Below are positions 41,869 to 51,819 of a DNA stretch of 64,000 nt, piece by piece. The notes beneath the pieces were generated by a model, which saw nothing but the letters and a program-made list of their open reading frames with translations, was not told the origin of the DNA and ran no database searches. A program made the position numbers and the translations under genes. Source of the stretch: Elusimicrobiota bacterium (GTDB taxonomy: Bacteria; Elusimicrobiota; Elusimicrobia; F11); NCBI GenBank assembly GCA_022072025.1, contig JAJVIP010000011.1, positions 81,200 to 145,199 on the forward strand. The letters run 5' to 3'. Each line of letters begins with the position of its first letter. Positions within the stretch are counted from its first letter, which is position 1.

Positions 41869-43410
41869 TTAGGCGGCACGTTTTCTTTCGAATTCTTCTT
41901 GGAGGGCTCGGATTTGAGAGCGTTTGGCTTCGTGGGCGAGGGCATTTTCGATAGCCAAGGCGGCTCGCCTTGTAAAGGTATCCCCCGCCCCCAATTCAAT
42001 AGAAGAAAATTTTTCAAATCGATTGGTTTTTTCCACTTTTAAAACTCCCAAAATCTCTCCCTGCATGTTTTCCAAAGAAAACATTTTAGGCAATTCGGAT
42101 TCTATGCCGCCTCCTCTCATCAATTGAGCGGGGGGTTGATGGGGACCGTGTTGATAAAGGAGCAATTCAATTTTTTTAGCATCAAGGATGGCGGCTATTC
42201 CATCAAGGAGTGTTTCAAGTGTTTTTTCCACAGATCGCGACGAGGCAATGGTGATCGCCGTCACCCAACTGTTCATTTCCAGGGATTTTCTCAATTCCTT
42301 CATTTGATGAATACGTTGGATGGACATCCCCATGGACTTGGAAACAAATTGAAGAAATTTTAATTCATCAGCCTGAAATGCCTGTTCTTCGGGACTGGCA
42401 GTGAAAAGCACTCCAAAGGGTTCATTTTCTGCGCCCACCAGAGGCAAGCACACATGAGATTTGAACGAGAATTTCTCTGTCGGACATTCGAAATCTTGAT
42501 TTTTATCGTTCAATAAAAAAATTGAGTTGTTGCGCATGACAGGACATGATTGGCAAGGGATTTCTTGCTGGATATCCGTTTGTTCATCTGTCGTAATGGT
42601 TGCGGATTTGAGGGTGGCTCCATCTTGCTGAAGGAATAAAAATCGAGACCAACATTTGAGATCGGGCCCCAAACCTTCATTGATGAGGGTTATGATTTTT
42701 GGCGTTGTGTCATTTTTATCCTTCAAATCGGTTAATCCATTGAGCGCATCAGAAATCAACGTTAAATTTTTTAGTTGGCGAATTTGTTTTTTCTCGAGTT
42801 CATCTTGTTTGCGCAATATGACCAGCGATAAACAGGCGATGCTGGCAGTCAAGAGCATAAAAAAAAGGCGGGCGCCCAAATTTGAAATCATGGCGGGACT
42901 ATGTTCTGTGAGAGAAGAACCCACGACCAGCGCATAGAGCAATACTCCGCCAAACCCACTGTGTATAACAACACCCATGTCTCTGTGAAAAGCGTGTACG
43001 ACCAGTGGAATAAAATAAATGAAATACAGCGGGCTGTTGACCCCTCCTGTGAAATAAACCGCAAGTGACATGGCTACCAAATCAACTGAGGAAAAAATGA
43101 AGTCGAATTTCCTTGGATGAGAGAGCTTTGTGTTGAGTCGCGTTATTGCATATTGCACGATCCCAAAAAACCCAAAAACCATAGAAATCGATGCAAGGGA
43201 AGAAACCGAATTCTGAATCCACAATACAACGCAGGCTAGATAGGTGGGAACAGAGATCCAAATGCGAATCGCATTATCAAACCTGATTTTTCGTTGTCTA
43301 GAACCTAAACTATCAAACGAAGAAAATCCATCAGGGTCATGATGAATGGTGAGATCCAATAAGACGAGATCTTTAACGCGTTTCCAGATATCCATGATTT
43401 TTGGGGCCAA
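41869..43410 (-). CDS. Membrane-anchored sensor with tandem GAF-like domains and no recognisable output domain
   Basis: N-terminal ~200 aa with about 6 TM helices, then two GAF-like regions. Convergent with the preceding gene. Confidence 0.55.
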   Translation of the reverse strand: MAPKIMDIWKRVKDLVLLDLTIHHDPDGFSSFDSLGSRQRKIRFDNAIRIWISVPTYLACVVLWIQNSVSSLASISMVFGFFGIVQYAITRLNTKLSHPRKFDFIFSSVDLVAMSLAVYFTGGVNSPLYFIYFIPLVVHAFHRDMGVVIHSGFGGVLLYALVVGSSLTEHSPAMISNLGARLFFMLLTASIACLSLVILRKQDELEKKQIRQLKNLTLISDALNGLTDLKDKNDTTPKIITLINEGLGPDLKCWSRFLFLQQDGATLKSATITTDEQTDIQQEIPCQSCPVMRNNSIFLLNDKNQDFECPTEKFSFKSHVCLPLVGAENEPFGVLFTASPEEQAFQADELKFLQFVSKSMGMSIQRIHQMKELRKSLEMNSWVTAITIASSRSVEKTLETLLDGIAAILDAKKIELLLYQHGPHQPPAQLMRGGGIESELPKMFSLENMQGEILGVLKVEKTNRFEKFSSIELGAGDTFTRRAALAIENALAHEAKRSQIRALQEEFERKRAA

Positions 43411-43474
43411 TTAACCCGTGGTTTAGTGTAGCGTGAGATGGCGAATAATCAAGCAAACGATCTTGCGGGCGCGC

Positions 43475-43512
43475 AAAAAACACCCCTACTTTTCAATTCG
43501 TTTATTCGGGGT
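43475..43512 (-). terminator. Weak candidate intrinsic terminator downstream of def
   Basis: On the minus strand, CACCCC...GGGGTG stem followed by TTTTTT. The loop is long, hence low confidence. Confidence 0.3.
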
Positions 43513-43517
43513 GGGGC

Positions 43518-44024
43518 CTATTTGACTTTGCGTCGGAAAATGTCGGTGTCAAGGTTGATAACCCGATCTAAAAACAACATCCCATGCAGGTGATCAATTT
43601 CATGCTGAAAAGCCAAAGCTTCGAAACCATGGGCTCGAAAAACATGAGATTCTCCCCTCACAGATTGGGTTTCAACTAAGACCGTTTCGAATCTTCGAAC
43701 ATTTCCCAGCAAATCCGGTACCGACAAACATCCCTCGCGGGGATTCTGAATCCCATGTCCTTCGATGAGACGGGGATTAATAAGAATCACAAATCCATTG
43801 TGGCTGGAGGGCCCTTTTGTTCTCGCTCGAGAAATATCAATGACACTGACCTGTAAGGGAATCCCAATCTGAGGCGCCGCCAGTCCCACTCCCGGAGAAG
43901 AGGCCATTGTGTCGGTGAGATCCGTGATAAGCTGCCGAAGATCGGCCCCAAATTTTTCTACTGGCTTGCAGGGTTTCGCCAATATTGGATCGGGAAATAA
44001 TCTTATAGGGTGAACCGACATCAA
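43518..44024 (-). CDS. def: Peptide deformylase
   Basis: GIGLAAPQIG, EGCLSVPD and HEIDHLHG motifs. Confidence 0.93.
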   Translation of the reverse strand: MMSVHPIRLFPDPILAKPCKPVEKFGADLRQLITDLTDTMASSPGVGLAAPQIGIPLQVSVIDISRARTKGPSSHNGFVILINPRLIEGHGIQNPREGCLSVPDLLGNVRRFETVLVETQSVRGESHVFRAHGFEALAFQHEIDHLHGMLFLDRVINLDTDIFRRKVK

Positions 44025-44566
44025 AGCGTCAGATTATTTAGTGGCTCGAAACCAATTTTAACCCTCAATTTGGTTCCCAATTTTTTTAATCCCAACTTGA
44101 TTGAAGGAAGCCAGTTTTTCTCGAGGGTCTCCCCCTCAATAAAAAGAATATATCCATGTGACTGGCCTAAACCAGAACGGTGAGACCTTAGGTCTGTGAT
44201 GTTGAATTTTTTTTTCGCTAAAAAATCTGTTATGTGAAAAACAAGACCCGGCTGATCCTTACCGTGCACGCGAATGATATAGGAATCTTTTTTGGCGGGT
44301 TGAAATTGAGCTTGTTGCTTTGTGATTTTCCTAATCCCCAGCTTCATACCAAAGGAATTCTTTTTAAAAATGAATTTTTTTTCAGCAAGGTTTTTTCTCG
44401 ATGTGAATATGAGAAACATCGCAAACTCAGATCCCAAGCGCATCATAGAGGAGTCTTCAAGATTGCAATTTAAATCAAAGAGAATTTTTGTGATTTGCGC
44501 CACGAATCCCGGATGGTCCTGCCCCGAAGCCGATAAAAGGTAATAATTCATTAACCGACAATACAA
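44021..44566 (-). CDS. ACT-domain protein (GcvR/UPF0237-like tandem ACT)
   Basis: Two ACT-like beta-alpha-beta-beta-alpha-beta units (GQDHPGFVAQITKILFDLNCNL, GKDQPGLVFHITDFLAKKKFNI). Overlaps def by 4 nt. Confidence 0.6.
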   Translation of the reverse strand: MYCRLMNYYLLSASGQDHPGFVAQITKILFDLNCNLEDSSMMRLGSEFAMFLIFTSRKNLAEKKFIFKKNSFGMKLGIRKITKQQAQFQPAKKDSYIIRVHGKDQPGLVFHITDFLAKKKFNITDLRSHRSGLGQSHGYILFIEGETLEKNWLPSIKLGLKKLGTKLRVKIGFEPLNNLTL

Positions 44567-44663
44567 AAATTATATTGAGGGCTTCTTTCCGACGGAATTT
44601 GATATATTCCCCGCTTCATTTTTCTGTTTTAAATTGCGATAGATTTTGGAGGATGTAACCAGA

Positions 44664-45704
44664 ATGACTGTTGGAACCGCTGTAAATAAAAAGACATACA
44701 ATGTTGCTGTTGTTGGCGCTACCGGGGCGGTGGGGCTGGAAATGGTTCGAATGCTCGAAAACCGAAAATTTCCGATCAAATCTCTTCGATTATTTGCCAG
44801 TGAAAAATCAGCGGGAAGAAAAATAAAATTTAATAAAAAACAAGTATGTGTTGAAATACTTGATAGTGAATTACTTTCAGGATTAGATGTCGCCATATTC
44901 TCTGCGGGAGCAACGGTTTCCAAAGAATTCGCACCGATTTTTGCTGAAAAAGGAATTTTTGTTATTGATAATTCCAGTGCCTGGAGAATGGATCCAGAAA
45001 TTCCATTGGTTGTTCCAGAAGTTAATCCTCATGCTCTCGCCCGGGAAAAAAAAATTATTGCCAATCCCAATTGTTCAACCATTCAAATGGTGGTTGCCTT
45101 GAAGCCAATCCATGATGCGGTAAAAATTAAAACCATACGTGTAGCCACCTACCAAGCTGTTTCTGGTGCAGGAGCGAAAGGGATTCACGAACTTGAGAAC
45201 CAATCCAAAGCCTGGGCCTCTGGAAAAAAGATTCCCCCCTCCGCCAAATTTCCTCATCAAATTGGATTTAACTTGATTCCCCAAATTGATGTGTTTACGG
45301 ACAATGGTTACACCAAAGAAGAAATGAAAATGGTTAACGAAACGCGGAAAATAATGGAATCTCCAGAAATGGAAATTTCTGCCACCTGTGTGCGGGTGCC
45401 CGTATTTCGTTCCCATTCTGAAGCAGTGTGGATTGAAACCGAAAATCCTATCAGCCCCCAGCAAGCCCGCATGTTGTTGTCAAAAGCGCCTGGAGTGGTT
45501 CTGCAGGATGAACCAGAAAAGTCTCTATATCCCATGCCTTTGGCCGCCCAGGATCAACAAATTACCTATGTGGGTAGAATTCGACAGGATCTTATTTCTC
45601 CCAATGGCCTCTCTCTTTGGGTGGTATCCGATAATTTGTTGAAGGGAGCAGCTCTCAATGCGGTTGAAATTGCCGAACTGCTGGTCAATCAAGGCATTCT
45701 TTGA
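44664..45704 (+). CDS. asd: Aspartate-semialdehyde dehydrogenase
   Basis: NVAVVGATGAVG Rossmann motif, active-site region NPNCSTIQMVVAL and a C-terminal domain. ATG at 44664 with GGAGGA RBS; the ORF-track TTG at 44646 is unlikely. Confidence 0.93.
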   Translation: MTVGTAVNKKTYNVAVVGATGAVGLEMVRMLENRKFPIKSLRLFASEKSAGRKIKFNKKQVCVEILDSELLSGLDVAIFSAGATVSKEFAPIFAEKGIFVIDNSSAWRMDPEIPLVVPEVNPHALAREKKIIANPNCSTIQMVVALKPIHDAVKIKTIRVATYQAVSGAGAKGIHELENQSKAWASGKKIPPSAKFPHQIGFNLIPQIDVFTDNGYTKEEMKMVNETRKIMESPEMEISATCVRVPVFRSHSEAVWIETENPISPQQARMLLSKAPGVVLQDEPEKSLYPMPLAAQDQQITYVGRIRQDLISPNGLSLWVVSDNLLKGAALNAVEIAELLVNQGIL

Positions 45705-45799
45705 TGTTCCACGTGGAACAATGAGTGAGCGCCTTTATTGTTTTTCCACATTCAATCGTTTTAATTATTCAAAATAGGTTTTTTTGAGGAGGATGTGAC

Positions 45800-46969
45800 A
45801 TGAAGTTTCAAAAATTTACCGGGATATCTATAGGAATAATTTTCTGTGGATATTCCATGGGTTTTTCAGAAACCATCGGAAAAAGCATTGCCACAGTGAA
45901 TGGGGAGGCGATTTTTTCAGGTGAGTTTGAAAATAATTTTGAGGCGCTGTTGGAACAACAAAAGAAAATGGCTCCAGCTGAAACTCCAACAACAGAATGG
46001 AAGAATGCCAATAAAAAACTATTACTGGATCAAATGATTGAGGAAAAACTTCTGCTTCAGGAGGCCAACAAAAAAAAGATTGTCGTTCCAAAACGACAGC
46101 TTGAGGAAGGGATCCTTCAAGTAAAAAATCGTTTCAAAACTTTATCTCCTGGGGCCAAACCCACCAAAGAGGATTTTGAACGAGAGTTAACCCCCAATGA
46201 AAATAAAGAATTTCTTGAAGAACTCAAACAGCAAGGGATCACAGAAAAAGAATTTGAAAATAAAATCAACGATCAATTAAAAGTGCTGCGGCTAACCGAA
46301 GATGAAATTCGTAGCAAAGTGGCCATTCCTGTTAAGGAGAATTCATCAGCTGAAAATGAGCCAAAAGAACTAACGCCTCAGTACGAAAAAGAGGCACGAG
46401 AACTCTACGCGGAAATTGAAAAGAAGTTCACTATCAAGGATTTTAAGCCTGATCCCGATAATGAAATTGACCAAATTGTTGAGGTGTTAAAGTCCAAGCT
46501 CGGGGAGTCTATTCATGCTCGCCACATTCTGGTGAAATCAGAACGCACCGATGATTTTAAAAAACGTCAAGCGGCCTTGGCCAAGGCCCAAGCGATTAAA
46601 AAAGAGTTGGACAAGGGAGCGGACTTTATTGACCTGGCCAATAAGAAATCCGAAGGCCCCAGCTCAAAAAATGGAGGAGATTTGGGGTTTTTTTCCCGAG
46701 GACAAATGACACCAGAATTCGAAAAAGCCGCCTTTGGTTTGCCTGTGGGAGGGATTTCAGACGTTGTTGAAACTGAATTTGGTTACCATATTATTATGGT
46801 GGAGGAGAAAAAGGCCGCCAAAAGGCTGCGTTTTGATGATATCAAGCTTGATTTGGCCGGTTACTTGTATCAAAAGCAAATGAAAGATCGATATGATCAG
46901 TATGTTTCCGAGCTCAGGAAGAAAGCTGATATTAAAATTCTTTTAAACCTCGAGGGTGAAAAGGGGTAA
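45800..46969 (+). CDS. Peptidyl-prolyl cis-trans isomerase, SurA/PrsA-like (parvulin domain)
   Basis: N-terminal signal/TM, SurA-like helical region, then a parvulin domain (HARHILVK...GGDLGFFSRGQMTPEFE...GYHIIMV). GAGGAGG RBS. Confidence 0.85.
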   Translation: MKFQKFTGISIGIIFCGYSMGFSETIGKSIATVNGEAIFSGEFENNFEALLEQQKKMAPAETPTTEWKNANKKLLLDQMIEEKLLLQEANKKKIVVPKRQLEEGILQVKNRFKTLSPGAKPTKEDFERELTPNENKEFLEELKQQGITEKEFENKINDQLKVLRLTEDEIRSKVAIPVKENSSAENEPKELTPQYEKEARELYAEIEKKFTIKDFKPDPDNEIDQIVEVLKSKLGESIHARHILVKSERTDDFKKRQAALAKAQAIKKELDKGADFIDLANKKSEGPSSKNGGDLGFFSRGQMTPEFEKAAFGLPVGGISDVVETEFGYHIIMVEEKKAAKRLRFDDIKLDLAGYLYQKQMKDRYDQYVSELRKKADIKILLNLEGEKG

Positions 46970-47014
46970 AAAATTCTTGACCAGCGAATTGATTAATTGT
47001 ATGAACCTCGGCCT

Positions 47015-47473
47015 ATGTTGAATAAAACTTTTCAGCCCACCCAATCTTCGATCAAACGCCAATGGCATTTGGTGGATGCGAACAATCAGGTGTTGGGCCG
47101 CCTGGCCTGTGATATTTCTAAGAAGCTCGTCGGAAAAAATAAAAGCTTTTTTGCCCCTCATGTTGATTGCGGAGATTTTGTGGTGGTGGTAAACGCCGAA
47201 GGCATTCGCGTCACAGGCAATAACAAACCGGTTCAGAAAATAGATTTCCGCCATTCGGGATATCCCGGAGGAGCAACAATTACTCCTTATGATGAATTTT
47301 TAAGAAAAAAACCCCAGCGTGCCATTGAATTGGCAGTTTCGGGAATGCTCCCGAAAAACAAATTGCGCGGTCGGCAGATGACCCGTCTTAAAATCTATAA
47401 AGGCGCCACTCATCCTCATGGTGCACAATTTGCCTCAAAAAAATTATCAGCTACTCCATCCAGCAAAGGTTAA
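47015..47473 (+). CDS. rplM: 50S ribosomal protein L13
   Basis: KRQWHLVDANNQVLGRLA... is typical L13. ATG at 47015 preferred over the ORF-track TTG at 46997. Confidence 0.95.
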   Translation: MLNKTFQPTQSSIKRQWHLVDANNQVLGRLACDISKKLVGKNKSFFAPHVDCGDFVVVVNAEGIRVTGNNKPVQKIDFRHSGYPGGATITPYDEFLRKKPQRAIELAVSGMLPKNKLRGRQMTRLKIYKGATHPHGAQFASKKLSATPSSKG

Positions 47474-47487
47474 AAGGTCTTCATTTC

Positions 47488-47904
47488 ATGGCAACAACCA
47501 CTGTCACTTCAGTATCATTTCCACTTTGGACAACAGGCCGCCGCAAGGAAAGCGTGGCGCGTGTTCGAGTCATTCAAGGTACCGGCCAACTTCTCATTAA
47601 CAACAAATCGGTGAATGAATATTTTGGCGGACATCCTCGCGCCAAAGCGGATGCTACTGCTCCGCTCCATCACGCCCGAGGAGCCAATGCAATGGATTTT
47701 CATATTACTGTTGTAGGTGGAGGAGTTACCGGACAATCGGGAGCTGTTCGTCACGGTATCGCTCGGGCCATTGTGGCTTTAGAACCCAATTTGAGAACAA
47801 TTCTTCACAAAGAAGGGCTTTTGACGCGAGACCCCCGCATGGTTGAACGCAAAAAGCCTGGGCAGCCCAAGGCCCGTCGTCGTTTCCAACATTCCAAACG
47901 ATAA
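47488..47904 (+). CDS. rpsI: 30S ribosomal protein S9
   Basis: GGGVTGQSGAVRHGIARAIV...PKARRRFQHSKR is a conserved S9 C-terminus. Immediately follows rplM. Confidence 0.95.
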   Translation: MATTTVTSVSFPLWTTGRRKESVARVRVIQGTGQLLINNKSVNEYFGGHPRAKADATAPLHHARGANAMDFHITVVGGGVTGQSGAVRHGIARAIVALEPNLRTILHKEGLLTRDPRMVERKKPGQPKARRRFQHSKR

Positions 47905-48802
47905 ATCACAAACTCTCGCTGATTCGTACGAATCTCGTGGAAATGCTCACCAACAAGCGGGACGTTTTCGAGAAGCTCGTCAATTCTATGAGAAGTGGTT
48001 TCAACTAAAACCCAGCTTCGAATCCGCTTGTCGACTTGGAGATGTCTGCCGCCAAGTCGAAGATTTCAAGGTTGCTCTTCGGTGGTATAAAAAGGGGGAG
48101 GAGTTCTCTCTCCGCCACGGAACATCACGAGAATGGACGGATGCTCAATTGGGAAAAGCCATGTGCATTCGGGGTTTGGGAAAATACCAACAAGCCCTAT
48201 CTCTTCTTAAAAAGTGTTTATCTGCCTATAAAAAATCCAAAGACATAGAAGGAGAAGCCTATGTTCTTTGGGCCTTGGGAACCACTCACAGATTTGCCTG
48301 TCAATTCGCACAAGCAGAAAAACAACTTCGTCTCAGCGTGGAGAAATACTCTTTATTAAAGGATCCCAGTGGCTTGGCCTACGCGCGGGCTGGCTTAGGG
48401 GGAACCCTTCGAATGAGAGGAAAACCACAAGAGTCCTTTCATTTGTATCAAAAGGCGAGTCAATTTTTTTCGCAGGCCAAAGACCATTTTGGAATTGCTT
48501 ATTCCAGTTGTGGTCAGGGAAATGCTCTTCGAATGATGGGTTTTTCTGACAAAGCCTTGCCGTATATGAACAAAGCTATCCGAATTTATAAAGCCCTTCG
48601 TTTACGAGGCCCTCTGGGTTTTGTGCTCTGGAGCCGATCTCAAGCCTTTCTTGCCTTGAAGAAAAGAGATCAAGCCCAACGGGATCTTCAAGAAGCACGG
48701 CGTCAATTCCTTTTGGTTAAAGATAGAAGGGGACTGAAATACTGCGTTTTGGGCCATCGTCAACTTCAAAAAAAGCCTTGCAAGATTATCCAAATCCCTT
48801 AA
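47843..48802 (+). CDS. TPR-repeat protein
   Basis: Multiple 34-residue TPR-like repeats. The start is uncertain: ATG at 47843 overlaps rpsI by 62 nt and no in-frame start exists between 47905 and ~48150. Confidence 0.55.
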   Translation: MNAKSLGSPRPVVVSNIPNDKSQTLADSYESRGNAHQQAGRFREARQFYEKWFQLKPSFESACRLGDVCRQVEDFKVALRWYKKGEEFSLRHGTSREWTDAQLGKAMCIRGLGKYQQALSLLKKCLSAYKKSKDIEGEAYVLWALGTTHRFACQFAQAEKQLRLSVEKYSLLKDPSGLAYARAGLGGTLRMRGKPQESFHLYQKASQFFSQAKDHFGIAYSSCGQGNALRMMGFSDKALPYMNKAIRIYKALRLRGPLGFVLWSRSQAFLALKKRDQAQRDLQEARRQFLLVKDRRGLKYCVLGHRQLQKKPCKIIQIP

Positions 48803-48859
48803 AGTAAAAGCGTTCCATAAATCGCATTATTTTGATGTATTTACGTCAGGAGGATTCTT

Positions 48860-49147
48860 GTGAAGAAGAATGAATTGATCGACAGGGTTACCCATGAAGC
48901 TCGTCTCCGTCGTTCAGAAGCTATTCGGGCAGTCAAGGCTGTGGTTTCATCTATTCGGGCCACCATATCGGAGGGGGGGAAAATTTCTTTGTCCGGATTG
49001 GGGACCTTTAAGGTGAAATCGAGAAAAGCCCGGCCAGGGCGCAATCCCAAAACAGGAGAGACGATTCAAATTCCTGTGGGCCGAAAAATTTCTTTTAAGC
49101 CCAGCTTGGCTTTGAAGAAACTCGTTAAAACGCCCAGTTCTTTCTAA
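48860..49147 (+). CDS. HU/IHF-family DNA-binding protein
   Basis: MKKNELIDRV...GKISLSGLGTFKVKSRKARPGRNPKTGETIQIP is an HU-family signature. GTG start with AGGAGG RBS. Confidence 0.9.
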   Translation: MKKNELIDRVTHEARLRRSEAIRAVKAVVSSIRATISEGGKISLSGLGTFKVKSRKARPGRNPKTGETIQIPVGRKISFKPSLALKKLVKTPSSF

Positions 49148-49246
49148 ATCGGTTTTTTTAAATTCGTGAGACCTGCTCAGACGTAAGAGGAGGTCGTCAC
49201 CATTGTGGCGCCACCCGTCGATTGCCGGGTCTGAACGCGTCAATTT

Positions 49247-49268
49247 GGGATTCTATTTTATTAGAATC
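49247..49268. promoter_or_regulatory. Perfect 8-bp-arm palindrome (GGATTCTA-N6-TAGAATCC) 8 nt upstream of the aminotransferase start; candidate operator
   Basis: Read directly from the sequence. Dyad symmetry is typical of a dimeric transcription-factor site and would overlap the RBS region. Confidence 0.35.
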
Positions 49269-49276
49269 CTCACCCC

Positions 49277-50515
49277 ATGATCGCCGCTCCCCAGAAACTT
49301 AAGAATCTACCTCCTTATATATTTGGAAGGATCAAAACTCTAGGCTTAGAGGCCGCCGCCAATCGACTGGATGTTATTGATCTTTCCATGGGAAATCCTG
49401 ATTTGCCAACTCCACAGCCGATCATCGATCGTTTGGTGGATACCGTTTCTCACCATCCCAGAACGCATCGTTACCCACAAGCGAAAGGCATGCCGAAATT
49501 TCGCAAGGCTGTGGCGGATTGGATGAAGAAGAGATTTGACGTTTCAATTAATCCCGAGAGTGAAGTTTGTTCGTTGATTGGATCTAAAGAAGGAATTGCA
49601 AATCTGTGCCAATCCTATTTGAGAGCGGGGGACATTGCCTTGGTTCCAAGTCCCTGCTATCCAGTTCATTTTTATGGGGTGGTTTTGTCCCAGGGAGTGC
49701 CTCATTTGCTGCCGATCAACGAACAAAACAATTATCTTCCCGAACTTGAAAAGATTCCCGAAAAAATCGCACGGCGAGCAAAAATATTCTTTTTAAATTA
49801 TCCAAACAATCCCACCGCCGCGGTTATCGAGGATACGCACTACTTAAAAGAAGTCATTCGTTTCGCAAAAAAATATGGGATTTTGGTTTGTTACGATAAC
49901 GCCTATTCGGAAATCGCTTTTGATGGATATCGCCCCATCAGTTTCTTCGAAATTCCCGGCGCGAGAGATGTGGGACTCGAATTCCATTCCTTTTCCAAAA
50001 CTTTCAACATGGCAGGATGGCGGTTGGGTTGGGCGTGTGGACCAGAAAAATTATTGGGCCCATTGGTGAAATTCAAATCCTATATTGATTATGGCGCACC
50101 CACTTTTATTCAACTTTCAGGAGTCAAAGCTCTTGAAATATGGCCGGGGTGCGTGAATGAATTGGTTTCTATTTATCAGACAAGGCGAGACTATTTACAC
50201 GAAGGTCTGACCGCTTTGGGATGGACGGTCAAAAAACCCAAGGCCACCATGTATCTTTGGGCGGAAATACCTGAACCGTATAAAAAATTGGGTTCTCTTA
50301 AATTTTGTGAAAAGTTGATCAAAGAAACCGGGATTGCCTTATCTCCCGGAGTCGGATTTGGGGAGGCTGGCGAGGGTTATGTCCGCTTTGCCTTGGTGAC
50401 AAGGAACAGTCGTCTCTATGATTTATTGGTTCGATTAAAAAAATTCCAAGGAATTTCTGGCGTGAACATCCGAAAACCCAAGGGTCCAGAAGTCAAAGGA
50501 TCGATGTCCGAATGA
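49277..50515 (+). CDS. PLP-dependent class I/II aminotransferase (possibly LL-diaminopimelate aminotransferase DapL-like or AlaA-like)
   Basis: N-terminal KNLPPYIFGRIK motif. Fold-type I aminotransferase with the lysine region SFSKTFNMAGWRLG. Sits among aspartate-family biosynthesis genes (asd, hom, thrC). Confidence 0.8.
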   Translation: MIAAPQKLKNLPPYIFGRIKTLGLEAAANRLDVIDLSMGNPDLPTPQPIIDRLVDTVSHHPRTHRYPQAKGMPKFRKAVADWMKKRFDVSINPESEVCSLIGSKEGIANLCQSYLRAGDIALVPSPCYPVHFYGVVLSQGVPHLLPINEQNNYLPELEKIPEKIARRAKIFFLNYPNNPTAAVIEDTHYLKEVIRFAKKYGILVCYDNAYSEIAFDGYRPISFFEIPGARDVGLEFHSFSKTFNMAGWRLGWACGPEKLLGPLVKFKSYIDYGAPTFIQLSGVKALEIWPGCVNELVSIYQTRRDYLHEGLTALGWTVKKPKATMYLWAEIPEPYKKLGSLKFCEKLIKETGIALSPGVGFGEAGEGYVRFALVTRNSRLYDLLVRLKKFQGISGVNIRKPKGPEVKGSMSE

Positions 50516-51816
50516 AAGAAAAAGTGACGCTTGGTTTAATTGGATTTGGTGTCGTCGGCAGTGGAACTGTTGAACTGTTAAGACGACAGAAACAGGACAT
50601 TGAGTCATGCGTTGGGGCTCCGGTGGAACTGAAATGGATTTGTAGCCGAAGTCGAAAACGTTCTCCCCTTATTGATCGGGGCGTTCACCAAACGAAGGAT
50701 TGGAAAGTGGTGGTTGCGGATCCCGAGGTCGATTGTGTTGTGGAGCTGATGGGGGGAACTGATCCCGCTAAAAAAGTGGTTCTTTCCGCTCTCAAACACG
50801 GTAAACATGTGGTCACTGCCAACAAATCGATCCTCTCGGAATATTGGAACGAAATTTTTGAACTCGCGCATGAACGCCGACGGTTGGTTTATTTTGAGGC
50901 TGCGGTCGGGGGCGGTGTTCCAGTGGTGCAAGCACTCAACGAGGGTTTGGCGGGCAATGAAATCTATAAGATTGTCGGAATTTTGAATGGAACCACCAAT
51001 TTCATTTTGACCAAGATGCAGGAATCCAACATGAGCTTTAAGGCGGCGCTTAAATTGGCTCAAGCGGCCGGATATACGGAGGCCGATCCTTCTTTTGATA
51101 TTGAAGGCGTTGATGCTGCCCAAAAAGTTTCAATTTTGGGTTCTGTGGCCACCGGTCAATGGGTTCCGCCTTCCCAAATTTACTCAGAAGGCATATCTCA
51201 TCTTCAATCGGTGGACCTTCGTCTTATCAAAGATCGCATTCATGGAACCATTAAATTGCTGGGAATCGCGGAAAAAACCGAAGATGGCTGGGTTTTCCGG
51301 GTTCATCCCACCTTGGTGGCGCGCACGCATCCCTTTGCCAATGTACGCAACGAATACAATGCCATTGCGTTTCATGGCTCCGCGGTGGGCGACGTGATGC
51401 TCTATGGTAAGGGAGCCGGGCGGTTGCCCACCTCAAGTGCCGTCATATCAGACATCATTTTTCTTTCGCGTCAGATTGCCAATGGCACGGCGGGCCAGTT
51501 GCCTTATTTGAGTCGGTTGGCTCGAAAGCCCATCAAATTTGCGGACATGGCGAGTGTTCAATCCCGCTATTACTTGAGGGTGACAACAGTGGACCGGCCC
51601 GGTGTGTTGGCCACCATCACCGGTATCTTGGGAAAAAATCAAGTATCGATTGCTTCTGTTCATCAGGACACTTTTGAAGACTCCAGTTATAAGAAGTCTG
51701 TGCCGATTACCTTATTGACTCATATGACACGTGAGGCAGATATTCAGGCGTCGGTCAAAGCCATCAATGATTTGTCGGCTATTAAAGCGCCCACCGTTTT
51801 ACTGCGCATGGAATAA
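50512..51816 (+). CDS. hom: Homoserine dehydrogenase (with C-terminal ACT domain)
   Basis: LGLIGFGVVGSG Rossmann motif, catalytic domain, and a C-terminal ACT (LRVTTVDRPGVLATITGILG). ATGA overlap with the upstream gene. Confidence 0.93.
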   Translation: MKEKVTLGLIGFGVVGSGTVELLRRQKQDIESCVGAPVELKWICSRSRKRSPLIDRGVHQTKDWKVVVADPEVDCVVELMGGTDPAKKVVLSALKHGKHVVTANKSILSEYWNEIFELAHERRRLVYFEAAVGGGVPVVQALNEGLAGNEIYKIVGILNGTTNFILTKMQESNMSFKAALKLAQAAGYTEADPSFDIEGVDAAQKVSILGSVATGQWVPPSQIYSEGISHLQSVDLRLIKDRIHGTIKLLGIAEKTEDGWVFRVHPTLVARTHPFANVRNEYNAIAFHGSAVGDVMLYGKGAGRLPTSSAVISDIIFLSRQIANGTAGQLPYLSRLARKPIKFADMASVQSRYYLRVTTVDRPGVLATITGILGKNQVSIASVHQDTFEDSSYKKSVPITLLTHMTREADIQASVKAINDLSAIKAPTVLLRME

Positions 51817-51819
51817 TTG

